Positions 39,161 through 52,406 of a stretch of 64,000 nucleotides of DNA are shown here, in pieces (position 1 is the stretch's first letter; every line of letters begins with the position of its first letter). The position numbers and the translations under genes are program-made. The notes beneath the pieces were generated by a model. It did not search any database, had not been told where the DNA came from, and worked only from the letters and a program-made list of their open reading frames with translations. The DNA is from Mobula hypostoma (Eukaryota), in contig NC_086119.1 in the NCBI RefSeq assembly GCF_963921235.1, positions 12,400,001 to 12,464,000 on the forward strand. The letters run 5' to 3'.

Positions 39161-41459
39161 CTTTAGTCATTTATGTCCGCTTTTCCCAGCCCAACATTCC
39201 AAAACACCAAAGTCTCTCATAACCATTCTTTAACAGGCTTCCTGCAGGCTTGTGCTGCTTCCACTGCCTCTTATCTACCAGTCATCCTCCAAAAGATTGC
39301 TTCCTGTGACAAACACCACAAGGACATGAATGTCATTGGTAAACGTATTGATTTGGAGATTTCAAAACTGGATTCATCTTTGACCCAAGATTCACAGTAA
39401 TGCTAGAAATCAGTGAAAAATAAATAAAGCACACACCAAGTAATTCACAGAGCATAACAGCTTTTCAAAATATTTTGCTGGTAGCATCAGCATGCTGATG
39501 ATGTAATTACAACCACATTTTATTTTGAAGGTTGCAAACCCACCAGTTCTCATTATAGATTTGTTAGCAATTATTACTAATTTTTTGAAAAAAATACATA
39601 CAAAATTGCTCCCGGCTACAAAAGGGTAACAGACATTTTTTGTTAGTAAGGATAACTGAGTAAACAGCTTACACAGAAGCAAATTAAACAATATATTTTT
39701 TAGGTAGCTTCAGCTAAGAAAGAAAACTTGCCAAGGCACCAGGATCAATCCCTGCTGCTCTTTTGAATGGTCCCCTCTGCAGAAAGCCCTGGTGAGACCC
39801 CATCTGGAGACCTGAGTGCACTTTTGGTCTCTTTACATATGTAGCCAATCAACCAGATAAAAAAGTCATCCAAAGACAAGGCACCCCAAAATACTGTTTT
39901 TAACGGCACTGAGTTATAAGGAAAGATTAAATAGGTTAGTACTTTATTCCTCAGAACGTAGAAGACTGAAGAGAGACTTAATAGAGGTATACAAAATTAT
40001 GAGGGGTGTAGAAGGGGTAAAAACACTGAATTTGGCTGGGACTACAACTGGAGGTCATGGGTTAAAGGTGAAAGGTGAAAAGATTAAGGGGAACATGAGG
40101 GGAAGCTTCGTCACTCGGAGGTTGGTGAGAGTGTGGAATGAGCTGCCAGCACAAGTGGTGCATGCTGGCTCGACTTCAACGTTTGAGAAGTTTGGATAGG
40201 TACATGGATGGTAGGGGTGTGGAGGGCTATGGTCGAAGGGAGTAGGCAGTTTAAATGATTCAGCACAGGGTAGATGGGCTGAAGGGCCTGTTTCTGTGCT
40301 GCACTTTTCTACGACTCTATGAAATGTCACCCTGAACTACACATGAAGAAGTTTTGCCATGTTCTGAGTCAACAGCCAGATTGCTATCAATTGTCACAAG
40401 CTGACATTAAAACTCAATTCAACTGTAATGTAGACTTTAGAAAGTGTATGCCTTCCTTAACATTCACGGGGTGCCGCAGTGCAATTTCAAAACTGAGATT
40501 CACATTTGTATAATTGAGAAGACCCAAAATAAATGAATGAGAATTGGGAGCCAATTTAGAGATTCAAATTTATTCAATTATATACAAAATTTAGGGACAA
40601 GTTATAAAGTGATATAAGAATGAAGTTACACAGTGTTAACACAATAATCTCAATAGACACCACACAGGACAGGAAGACAAACTTGAAGGGATAGCCTTTC
40701 ATTACATTGACTGGCAATCAATCTTTTTAAATAAGCCTGATCGGCCTTTAAAAAGCCAAAGTTCAAAGTAGGTATATGCTACCATATACTTCCTTGAGAT
40801 TTATTTTCTTGCAGGCATTTACCGGGAAACAAAGAAATACAATTTTCAAAAAACTATATATAAACAAAGATTGACAAACAACCAATGTGCAAAAGATAAC
40901 AAATTATGCAAATTAAAAAATAATGAGGGCATGAATTTCAGAGTCCTTGAAAGTGAGTCTGTAGGTTGTGGAATCAGTTCAGAGTTGTGGTGAGTGAAGT
41001 TATCCACACCAGTACAGGAGACTGAACAGGGTAGTAACTGTTCCTGAACCCAGTGTCTACTGCTCATCTACACACTAGAGGCCAATTAACCCACTGATCC
41101 AAATCTTTGGATATGGCAGAAAAGTAGAATCCCTGGAGGAAATCCATACAGACACAAGGAGGACATGCAAACTTCACAGAGGCAGCACCCGAGATCAGGA
41201 CTGAGGCCTGGTGTTGTGAAAGGCAGCGGCTCATCTAACTATACCATACTGCTGCTTCAGTTACCAGGCTCCAAATCCTCACTCCTAGCAAGGAGAAACA
41301 ATTACTAGAGACCTGGTGATGTTTTGATGCTTTAAACAGAAACCATTAAATAGTAGGTGTGAGAATCAATTTATTTAATTTACCAAGTGTAAGAGGCTTA
41401 AACTTCCCTTAGAATCACCAAGCATTTATTCAACGGCTCATTATATGAAAAAAGAACTA

Positions 41460-42266
41460 CATTGAATTCCAGTTAATGAGGACACATTGGGACCAGTAGA
41501 TTTTGACCCAATTAAGTGGCTGCCTCAATTAGCTGAAGTTTCAAGGAAATAGTTAAAAGGTATGAAAAAGCCAAATTACTGTTCAACTGAGTCACATTTA
41601 AGTTTTTAAATTTAATACAGAACAAGTTAGAACACTACCAACGCCTCTACGGTATTACAAAACTATATTTGTTCCTAATAGTTATTGATAGAGGAATTCA
41701 TTTGCCCTGTTCTTCTGATTGACTGTAAATGAACAAAATCAGTGCAGACACCTCGTGCAGAATGGTCTGCCTTCATACAATGCTTTTAATCTCCAACTCT
41801 TCATTTTCATTGTATCATTCACGATTTTCAATACCTTCAAATTCTTCAAAATTCCTAACTTGCTGAAGTAGTGAAATCATTTCATTTTCACACCTGACTG
41901 TTTCTGGCATCTCCAAGCCTGAATGCTTGAAACCACAGTGAGCAAAACAGTTCAGAATTGTTTTACTGCTTATTTCTCACCAACTATCAGCAACAAAAAT
42001 CACTACTTTTTGAACACAAACATATGCAGCTGATGCTATTTACAGACTGTCCACTCTAAGTAGATTGTAGTGTCTAATGGCCACACAAGTGCACGTGACT
42101 AGAAACTGTTCGGCAACGGTCTCCTGTCCCAATTATGTGGCATAGTGTTCTAAATAAATGAAGGAAATCTCGCCTATTTCCTCAAAGTAGTTTTTGTTCG
42201 TTAAGAGCTGTCCTAAATAAATGCTGACCCAATTAACTGATGTCCCAATTAAAAAATAATTCATTG
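41460..42266. mobile_element. Second, more diverged copy of the same Tigger/pogo-type element
   Basis: Colinear similarity to 34248-34991, with degenerate TA-flanked TIRs. Confidence 0.8.
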
Positions 42267-42729
42267 TACTTTGTAAAAGGAAAATGGTAAAAACAATAAG
42301 AAAAAACACATTACATTAGATACCAACCAGTTTTGTTTTTTCTTTCACTAACACACAATGAAGGAGAAAACTCAATTTTTTTTTATTAAAACAGACACAT
42401 TTACAATTCTTCAGCTACTTTCTATCACGGCCAATAGCTGTATGTTAAATCTTGCATGCCTACCTCTCCAGATACACAACCGAGTTTATTTCCCACAATG
42501 GATGATGGAGATTAAATTTCCTCCTTGACAATTGGAAATAATCTTTTAATGCAAATGACAATACTGAAAAGCAAATATCAGAACTGTATGTATCAGTGGT
42601 ATATGTTGAATTACTATGTCACATTCATATATAAATTTTCTATTTCATACAGTAGGTTTAGCTCAGCAAACGCTACTGATTTCTGAACAAAATATAACCT
42701 TTTATTGGCTATATAGTTCACAATACATT

Positions 42730-43235
42730 CACTCAGTGCCACTTTATAAGGGCAGAAGGTACCTAATAAAGTGGACACTGAGTATATGTCCATGGTCTTC
42801 TGCTGCTGTGGTCTACCCATTTCAAGATTCAACGTGTTGTGCATTCAGAGATGCTCTTCTGCACACCACTATTGCAAGGTGTGGTTATTTGAGTTACTGT
42901 CACCTTCCTGTCAGTTTGAACCAGTCTGGTCATTCTCCTCAGACCTCTCTCATTAACAAGACATTTTCCACCCACAGAACCCGCCTCATTGGAGGTTTTT
43001 GTTTCTCGCACCATTCTCTGTAAACTCCAGAGACTGTTGTGCGTGAAAATCCCAAGAGATCAGCAGTTTCTAATATTCAAACCACCCCGTCTGGCACCAA
43101 CAATCATTTCATGGGCAAAGTCACTTAGACCACATTTCTTCCCCAATCTCGTGTCTGGCTAAACCATTTGACCATGCCTGCTTGCTTGTATGCATTGAGT
43201 TGATGTCACATGATTGGCTGATTAAATCTTTGCAA
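42730..43235 (-). mobile_element. Tc1-family transposon remnant (N-terminal transposase HTH region)
   Basis: ORF 42829..43014(-) CLVNERGLRRMTRLVQTDRKVTVTQITT...KSISECTTR is Tc1-like. TIR-like inverted pair at 42730-42783. Confidence 0.75.
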
Positions 43236-43749
43236 GTATCAGCAAAGTTATGAAGATGTAATTGTTATCAAGCAGCACAGAATCACCAATAAACTGCTCA
43301 CCAATGTTCAGTACACAACAAAGACAACCAATGTGCAAAAGACAACAAATTGTGCAAATACAAAAAAAAAACAAAGTAATACTAAGTAATAAATACTGAG
43401 AGCATGAGTTGTAGAGTCCTTGAAAGTGAATCCATATATTGTGGTATCAGTTCAGCGTTGTGGTGAGTGAAGTTATCCATGCTAGTTCAAGAGCCTGATG
43501 GTTGAGGGGTAATAACTGGTGGTGTGGGACCTGAGGCTGCTATTTCCTGATGGCAGGAGCAAGAGGAGAGCATGGCTTAAGCTCCAAAATCGACCAAGAT
43601 AGCACTCAAAAGTGGCAACTCTTTGCGTGCAGCCCTGAAGGGAATCATCAAATATTCCCTTTTAGGACTACTACAGATGAAATCCACAGTCACAGCCATG
43701 GGTACAAGCAACATTGCTTTCTGAAGCTTAAAAAAGTCGCCTCAAAAAT

Positions 43750-44838
43750 GGCGGACTATAAACTCAGGGCATGCATGGTTTTCCTTTAAGAAACAGGAAA
43801 TGCAGAAAGCGTACTGGACTGCAAGTGAAATTGAAATGTAAAGCTCTAAGAAACCCCCCCCCCCCCCACCACCACCACCCCCTACTGTAGTGCTGACAAA
43901 TGTACACTGTCTGGAAAATAAAACTAAAGACTTCAGAGTAATTTTGCAAAACGGGGACTGTCATGTACTTTGCTTCATGGAAACATGGCACACCCCCTCC
44001 CCCACCATTTTGGACACAGTACTGCAGCCCAAGGGCTTCACCAGCTACCACAAAGTCAGAACAGCTGAGTCTTTGAAGGGTAGAGAAGGCAGAGTGTGGT
44101 TCATAATAAACTCACCATGATCGACAGAAGTGGCAGTTCTATGTCAGCCCTGCTCGCCCAACCTGGAACATCTAGCAGTCAAGTGTTATTAACTTCAGCT
44201 GCCAAGGGAGTTTCCTGCCATCACCCCGGTAACGGTGTACATTCCACCCCTGGCCAACACTAGCCAGGCACTGAAGGAGCTGAGCACCATGATCAGAAGC
44301 CACAAAAACAGTGCACACTAATGCCTTCTCAATCATCGCGGGTGATTTCAACCAGCCCAGCTCCGGCCAACTATAACCAACGTGTCACCGACAGAATCAG
44401 GGGAGCCAACACTTACCGTGCCATCCCACACCATCACTCTGGAAGGTACAGTCACCTGGCTGTCTTTCTACTTCCAGTGTACAAGCAGAGATGGGGGATT
44501 GCAGCACCAGTGGCGAGGACCACAATGAGAGGCAGAGGAATGCTTACAGGTCTGCTTGAATCTGTGGACTGGGCAACACTCAGGGATATATCTTTGAATC
44601 TGAATGAATATGCCACAGTTGTCACTGACTTCACCAAAACTTCTGTGGATGAGGGTGTGTCTTCAAGGACATGTCAGACATACCCAAACCAAAAGCCATA
44701 GATGAACCAGGAGATTTGTAGTCTAAGGGCTAGATTTGTGGCATTCAAGACTGATGATCCAGACTATACAAGAAGTCCAGGTACGAGCTACAGAAGGCTA
44801 TTTTAAGATCGAAAAAAACAATTCCAATTGAAGTTAGA
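43750..44838 (+). mobile_element. Rex1/Babar-clade LINE 5' part (AP endonuclease region)
   Basis: ORF 43890..44120 (LTNVHCLENK...CHVLCFMETW) and ORF 44321..44701 (...ESVDW...DLNEY-like...YPNQKP). Confidence 0.75.
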
Positions 44839-45000
44839 TATATACACAACTATATACATATATACATATATATACATACACACACACACGTACGTGTACG
44901 TGTCTCTCTCTATATTATCTATATAAAAATTTGTGTATATGTATATATATATGCATATACACATACATTATACACACACATACACAAATATGTGTAGTAC
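44839..45000. repeat. Compound (TA)n/(CA)n/(TG)n microsatellite
   Basis: Directly visible low-complexity tract. Confidence 0.9.
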
Positions 45001-45002
45001 AC

Positions 45003-47190
45003 AGAACCAGCTGCTGGAAGCAGGCCCCCATCCTGACTGGCTAACTCAAGGAAGGACAGTACTCATAATGAAGGATCCTCACAAAGGAGCAACACCATCC
45101 TATAACCTGCCTGTCAACAACATGGAAGCTCCAATCAGGCATCGTAACCACGAGGCTGAAGGAACATGTGTGTAAGTCCCTGAGCCCTGCTCAGAGGGGG
45201 ATTGGTAATGGAACCCCAGGGGCCAAGCACCAACTACTGGTAGACAAAGCAGTCATTCAAGACCAACCAACCTAAGCGAAACCTGGATCGACTACCAGAA
45301 AGCATATGACTCAATGCACCACACAGATTCTGGAATGCCTCTTTATGTACAAGGTCGGTTGCATACCAAGGACTTTCATCAAGAACTCAGTGGGCCATTG
45401 GAAGACAATGCAAGAAGTTAACTCAAAGCCATTAGTGCAAGTGACCATCAGATGTGGAATATACCAGGGTGTTGCACTATCCACTGCATAGGCTTGAACC
45501 CCATTAGCCAGATAATCTCAAAGAGTGGATATGGGTACAGGTTCGAGAGTGGAGTGACCACCAGCCACCTGCTATACATGGGTGACACCAAGCTGTGTGG
45601 TAGCTTCTACTTTGAAAAAGGCATACTCCACAACTTCATTCCAAAGAAACAACTTTATCTCAAATGCCAAAACCAGTATGTATATACTTCTAATAATGCT
45701 CACCTTATAACAAGCGGAATGCCAGAAATGAAAGAGACACGACTCACTAATCCACCTGACAAGAGTGTACAGTAGAGACATTGGGATATCATTTGGACTG
45801 GAAAAGTGCAGCTGCATGGTAGTGAAAAGAGGCAAACTTATCAAGCCTGAAGTAGTCGAGTTACCTGAAGGCCAGATATCAAATGTATAGGACAGCTACA
45901 AATACCTGCAGACCCTGTAGGCACATGGAAGCTACAATGAGGACACTAGGAAGGCTACAACATCCAAGTACCTCCAAAGAGTAAGACAGGTCCTAAAAAA
46001 GCCAACTGAATGGGAAGAACAAGATGAGAGCCATTAACACATTCACCCTACCAGTCATCAGAAACCCAGCCACAATAGTGGGCTGGCCAGGGAACAAAGT
46101 TGGAAGCCGCTGACATTAAGACCAGGAAACTAACTAACAATACATGGAGGATTCCACCCAAAGTCCAATCGTCGAGTGACTGTACACCCGCCAGTATAAA
46201 GGAGCACAGGAACTTGGCCACAGTCCTGGAAAGAATGCGAAACATCCATGAGTATGTCAGGAAGATGGCCTCCAAGGATGACCTGCTTGTAGAGTACCTC
46301 AGACTGCTTGCAGAGGACATGGAAATGGAATTGGGTGCAGCAGAGCCAGAAGATGAGAAGCCAAGGCAGGACAGGACAAGCAACTGCACGGGATGTGTGT
46401 TCACCAGGTATCAGAGGTGGCTGATGTAAGAAAGTCCTACCAGTGGCTGGAAATGACAGGGCTGAGGGACAGTACAGGGGCGCTGCTCATGGCTGCAGAA
46501 GAACAGACGCTGAGCACAAAAACAATAGAAGCAGGGATCTATCACACCAGGCGAGACCCCAGATGCAGACTGTGCGAGGAATTCACTGAAACCACCCAGA
46601 ACACAGTAGCAGGATGCAAGATGTAGGCAGGGACAATGTACATTGAACGGCACAACCAAGTTGCAGGAATTGTTACAGAAACATCTGTGCTGAGTACAGA
46701 TTGGACACTCCCAAATCCAAATGGGAAACACCATAGAAGGTAGTGGAGAATGGCAGAGCGAAGATCCAGTGGGATTTCCAAATACATACTGGTAAGCAGG
46801 TATTGGCCAACCAACCAGACACAGTAATAGTGGAAAAGGAAAAGAAAGCAATAGTAATAGACATGGCAATCCTGAATGACAGCAACATCAGGAAGAAAGA
46901 ATGAGAAGCTAGAGAAATACCAGGGCTCGAAGAGCGGATGAAGAGGATGTGGAAGGTTAGAGCCAGAGTAATCCTGGTGGTGACAGTAGCATTTGGAGCT
47001 GTGACACCTGGATTGGGAGAGTGGCTCCAACAAATCCTGGGAACAACACCTGAGATCTTGGTCCAGAAGAGCGCACTACTAGGAACAGCAAGGATACTGC
47101 GCCAAACCCTCAGGCTCCCAGGCCTCTGGTAGAGGACCCAAAACTGAGGGGAAAATACACATACATACTACCCATAAGGGGTAAGATTAT
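45003..47190 (+). mobile_element. R4/Dong/Rex6-clade non-LTR retrotransposon (RT + CCHC + restriction-like endonuclease), 5'-truncated and pseudogenised
   Basis: Fragments WLTQGRTVLIMKDP, GIYQG, HLLYMGD (YMDD site, 45575-86), CRLCEE...VAGC..RHNQVA, WDFQI..NQPD..VIDMAI and VQKSALLGTARILRQTLRLPGLW* (stop at 47130-32). Confidence 0.85.
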
Positions 47191-49261
47191 ATATCTTATG
47201 GCAAGTTGTGTTTTTTTTAAATTTTGTATTGTGCTGTATGGCTGCCGGAAAGCAGTGAATTTCAGAACATACGGTATGCCAGTGATATTAAACCAAATTC
47301 TGATTCTGGCCTTGATGGTAGAAGTCCTTGTTGATAGATGCTGCTTTCCTGTGACAGCACTCCTTGTAAATGTGCTCAATGGTGGAAAAGACCTTACCTG
47401 TGATGGACTGGGCTGCGTCCACTACTTTATATGTAGGTCTTTCAGTTCAAGGGAATTGGTGTTTCCATACCAGGCCATGATGCAACCAGTCAGCATTACT
47501 CTCCACCACGTATCTATAGTAGTTTGTCAAAGTCTTAGATGACTTCTAAGAAAGTAGAGGCGCTGCTGTGTCTTCTTTGTAATGGCACATAACGTGCTAG
47601 ACGCAGGACAGATTCTCTGAAATGGATTTGAAGTTGCTGACCCTCTCCACCTCTGATTCCCTGACGAGGACTGGCTCATTTCAGTTTCTTCTTCCTGGAG
47701 TCAATAATCAGCTCTTTGGCTTTGGTTATTGGTCGCTGCAGAGCTTGCAACACATCCACATCTCCCCAAATAATACCAAATGCAGTTTTAGATTACTTCA
47801 AAGCTCAGATAAAAGTCAGACTGGAAAGACAATATTCAACTCAAATGTTCCAGAAAATTACTATCTCTAACAGGATCGCAATCAATCATATGCAAAGCGT
47901 TCTGAAGTAAACCATTTACCACCTGACTTTCCAAAGTCCTTCTACCATCTACAAGGCAGAAGTCAGGAGTTTGAAAGAATAGTCTCCTTACCCTGGACGA
48001 ATGCAGCTCCAAAAACCCTTAAACCCCTCTTGACGTTACTGGATAAAACAGAATAAGCTACAAACTGTGCTTAAAAGAGCTCAAGATGTGGAAACAAGAA
48101 AACAAAAATGAAAAGTACTCCCATAATCATCACTGTTGCCTTTTAGTAAGAAGTGCAAATCTAAAACTGAAGAGCAATTAGCAATCTAAAATCTATCAAC
48201 TACAAAATGACACAATGGACCAGGAACTACTTTGTTGTTTAATCAAGTGTTTCAGTAAGATATTTTTAATAATACTCCAATATCTCAGAATTGGGATATA
48301 AAATGCACTGCCATGATCTTATTTACAATCTGCACAGTTAAAAGCAGAGTACTGAAGTGAATCAAATGCAGCTTTGACCTCCAAATACAATTCACTCTTT
48401 TCTCTGCCGTGACTCTGCTCATTTTCCAGACCTGATTTCAACAAGCTTTTCAGAAGGGTACAGGAGAGTCACACACACACACAGCATACAACTTGTTAAA
48501 ACTGATGTAAAAAATCCTGCTCACAAAACAGTGGACACATTGTTTTGCTTGCATACAGTGAATTCCTTAAAGGTCATAGTCCAACCATTTCCCTTATGCA
48601 AAAAGCCAGAACCAACTGCAAAGGATCGGACCATGGAAGACCATCAACAGAATCTGATTGGCTGAATTACAGTTTGAAAATAATGCAGAAATACTCTTTG
48701 AATTAACCCTTCCATGGCAAGAGTGGTGCCTGTGTGTCAAAATATCAAGAACCAGCTATTTTTGCTAAGAGAAAATAGTATTCTCCTTCTTAACTTGTAC
48801 ACTTTAAAAGTCTGTCTGGTATGCAGGGGCCATGGCACAGGATCGGAAAAAGTTGCAGAAGGTTGCAAACTCAGCCAGCTCTATCATGCCCTTCCCAATA
48901 TTGAAGACATCTTCAAAAGGCGATATCCATCATTAAAGAACCCCATCGCTCAGGACATGCCTTGTTCTCAATTGCTACCATCATAGAGAGGGTACAGGAG
49001 CTTGAAGACACAAACTCAATGCTTTAGGAACACCTTCCCTTCCATCATTGGATTTCTGAACGGACAATGAATCAGCCCATCACTTCCTCACTAGTTTTGC
49101 TCTCTATTTGCACTGTTTATTTAATTTAATTTTTTGTAAGTATTTTTAGTATAATTTAGGTAATTTTTTTGTATTGGACTGTCCTGCAAAACAACAAATT
49201 TCACAACATATGTGACGTCAGTGACAGTAAACCTGATTCTGATTCCTTTCACTCAATTTGA

Positions 49262-49856
49262 AATTGCGTATAAGAGCAAAGAGGTCCTTCTGCAGCTGTA
49301 CAGGGCCCTGGTGAGACCAGACCTGGAGTACTGTGTGCAGTTTTGGTCTCCAAATTTGAGGAAGGACATTCTTGCTATTGAGGGAGTGCAGCGTAGATTC
49401 ACAAGGTTAATTCCCGGGATGGCGGGACTGTCATATGTCGAAAGACTGGAGCAACTGGGCTTGTATACTCTGGAATTTAGAAGGCTGAGAGGGGATCTTA
49501 TTGAAACATATAAGATTATTAAGGGATTGGACATGCTGCAGGCAGGAAGCATGTTCCCGCTGATGGGTGAGTCCAGAACCAGATTAGGGGTAGACCATTT
49601 AGAACGGAGTTGAGGAAAAACTTTTTCACCCAGAGAATGGTGGATATGTGGAATGCTCTGCCCCAGAAGGCTGTGGAGGCCGAGTCTATGGATGCTTTCA
49701 AGAAAGAGATGGATAGAGCTCTTAAAGATAGCGGAATCAAAGGTTATGGGGATAAGGCAGGAACTGGATACTGATAGTGGATGATCAGTCATGATCACAG
49801 TGAATGGCGGTGCTGGCTCAAAGGGCCGAATGGCCTACTCCTGCACCTATTGTCTA
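49262..49856 (+). mobile_element. CR1 LINE 3' end, relatively young
   Basis: ORF 49212..49613 (YKSKEVLLQLYRALVRPDLEYCVQFWSP...RRLRGDLIETYKI) and terminal ...ctcctgcacctattgtctatt. Confidence 0.9.
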
Positions 49857-50986
49857 TTTTCTTAAAACATCACTGTTTCACCTACAAGCCTGAGAAAAGC
49901 AAATGTCATTTCCTTCAATCAAACATTACAAATAGCAAGCTGGTAGGATGAAGCACATTTAACTTAAGTATGTATATAAGGTGATGCATTTGAAGAGCTT
50001 ACTTCCCATTTTATCTCTGCCCTTACAAGAAAGAATGCAACCCATGTTAATACATATTAAAATAAAATCAGAATTTGCAAGTCAATTCCTCCAAATCTGT
50101 CACAGCTCCCCAACAAGTACCTCAGCATAAAGATTAGGAAGGTTACAAATTTACTTCTGATTCATGCAGAGTCATCTGAATCCATGTTAAAGGAAAGTTG
50201 AAAGCGTATAAGCCATCAAATCTATCAAACGGTGGATTTTTTTTTGAAACGCTGGGAATGGGATCAAGGAGGAAACTGGATGAAAACCAAGCCAGTTAGA
50301 GGCCATGTAGACACTCAAACCTGCTCTGTCTAATTTGATCACGGCATATCTGCACCTCAGTTCTGTTAGCACATTAAGAAAATTGAATCAATAACAAAAT
50401 CAATTTGCAATTTATCATGGCCTTGAGAACATTAAATGTTACTACTGCCACTGCCTTCCACCCACCCCTCCTGTACATCCAGTCATCTGAAACTATAAGG
50501 TGGGATTTTCAAGAGGAAAGATTCTCATTTTGCAATACTAAATATCTAGCCAACAATTCAGCAGACAAATGCATCAAGCCACCAATTAACTTTAAGAATG
50601 TGATTATCTTGAGGAAATGTGTCAAGAATTCATTTTAACTCTCTGATTCTAAGCTCATATGTTGCAATGGGCAACTCTTAAAGATCCTTGCCTGTACTGT
50701 AACTGTACCCTCATTCCTTACTTCCAATGCATCAACATAAAAATATTTCACAAGATATCATAAAGGTCAGTGGTTCCCAAAGTGGGCGGTGGGAGTTTCT
50801 AAGTGGGTGGGGGGGGGCACTCAGTATCAAGAGGGCAGCTGAGGGATTAAAGGCTTAATTTCAGAACTGAATTACTTATTATAAACATTCGATCCTCAGT
50901 ACTTCATAATTGAATACAATGATCACATACATAATCACCTCATCTCTTCCTAAACCACTGTTCTCTTAGACCCAGCTCGAAGAGCG

Positions 50987-51218
50987 TTAGATTAGATTCA
51001 ACTTTATTGTCATTGTGCCAATTACAAATACAAAGCCAATGAAATGCAGTTAGCATCTGACCAGAAATACAAAGAATACTGTTATTTCCAAAATAACTGT
51101 GAATAAAAAGCGCTACAGCACACAAATATAAAAGTACTGAGACAGTACAACATGGATGCAATACTGCTTAGGGCTGTGATGTGAGGTTCAGCAGGGTCAC
51201 AGCCTCAGGGAAGAAGCA
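50987..51218 (-). mobile_element. LINE 3' end with (TCTAA)n tail nested in the hAT element
   Basis: The minus strand ends ...gacaataaagttgaatctaatctaac. Confidence 0.6.
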
Positions 51219-51436
51219 ATGTGACACTTTTGTATTGGGCATATCATGAGAAATCTGGACTGCGAAATTGTGATATTTCTAGGCCCGCCTGTGTATTATT
51301 GCCATCACTACTACAGTTCTCATACTCCAATCACACAATGACGCAATTCCTCTGAATTAGGGTATGACTTTCAATGGGGTAAAGTTCAGATTTGGCCCTT
51401 TTGAATGGTCTTGGCCACATTTCTCTAGCCCACGGC

Positions 51437-52239
51437 CAATGTTCTCTAAGGTGTGCGCATTTGTGCATGCACACATCTTTTGCTACTAGCACGCAAAGAA
51501 ATTTAAACTGCGTACAAAAGGTTGTCACCCTCCACCTCATCTGCATGTTAAGCATATTTCACAATCACACACAATCAAATTTCCTCTTCCGGTTTCTGAT
51601 GCAGACGGTGTTGACAACTTGGGAGCTTGTGATAATTGTCTGCAGATTTCAGAACTGACTTACTTATACTGTTTCTATTGAAGAAATTACTGATTCACTA
51701 TACCCTTTGCTTCTTTGGAATTCGATATAAAGTGCAAAACAACTGCTAGTTCATTTAAAGCAGAATGACTTAATGAAACAGTAGAAACTACTACACTAAA
51801 AGCTCATGAGGTCAGGAACGTGCAGTTAAGAGAAATATTTATATACAATGCAGAAACTGGTATGTATTGTCACAATGTAAAAGTTGCTAGAGAATTTTCA
51901 AGTGGGAAGAAGTGGAGTGATATTTGGAAACTTGACTTTTTCAAGTGTCATTTAGCAAGCAAATCACCTATGGACAGTGTGCAAAAATTCTGGCTAGAAA
52001 ATCCTTCATTACCCTCTAAAAGCCTGCTACATATGATTTGTGAGAGTGCAGATGAATGAGAGCGAAAACGATCAAATCCAGAGGAGATCAAAGTTCTTAT
52101 TGACAGTGTTTTGCTAGTTGTTAAAATGAATACCTCTATATATAAAATTCAGTATGCACATGTTGTTGTCAATAGGCAAAAAATTCCACAGCACAAGATT
52201 TTTGTGCACACTGGTCATTACAAATTAAAGGGAACATTG
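51437..52239 (+). mobile_element. Nested hAT (Tip100-like) deletion derivative with a zinc-finger transposase N-terminus
   Basis: TIRs caatgttctctaa / ttaaagggaacattg. 8-bp TSD cccacggc (51429-36) / cccatggc (52240-47). ORF 51820..52059 reads FSSGKKWSDIWKLDFFKCHLASKS. Confidence 0.82.
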
Positions 52240-52406
52240 CCCATGGCCCAAATGAGTTATCACTGCCCGACTTTATATACTATCAAGCAAAGTCAGATTT
52301 TGCCTGAGATATGATGATGTCATAACTTTCCACTTTATTGATTGCAGCACTTGAGGCTGGATTTAAACAATGGGTGATTGATAGTGGTCATTAATCCACA
52401 ACTAAA

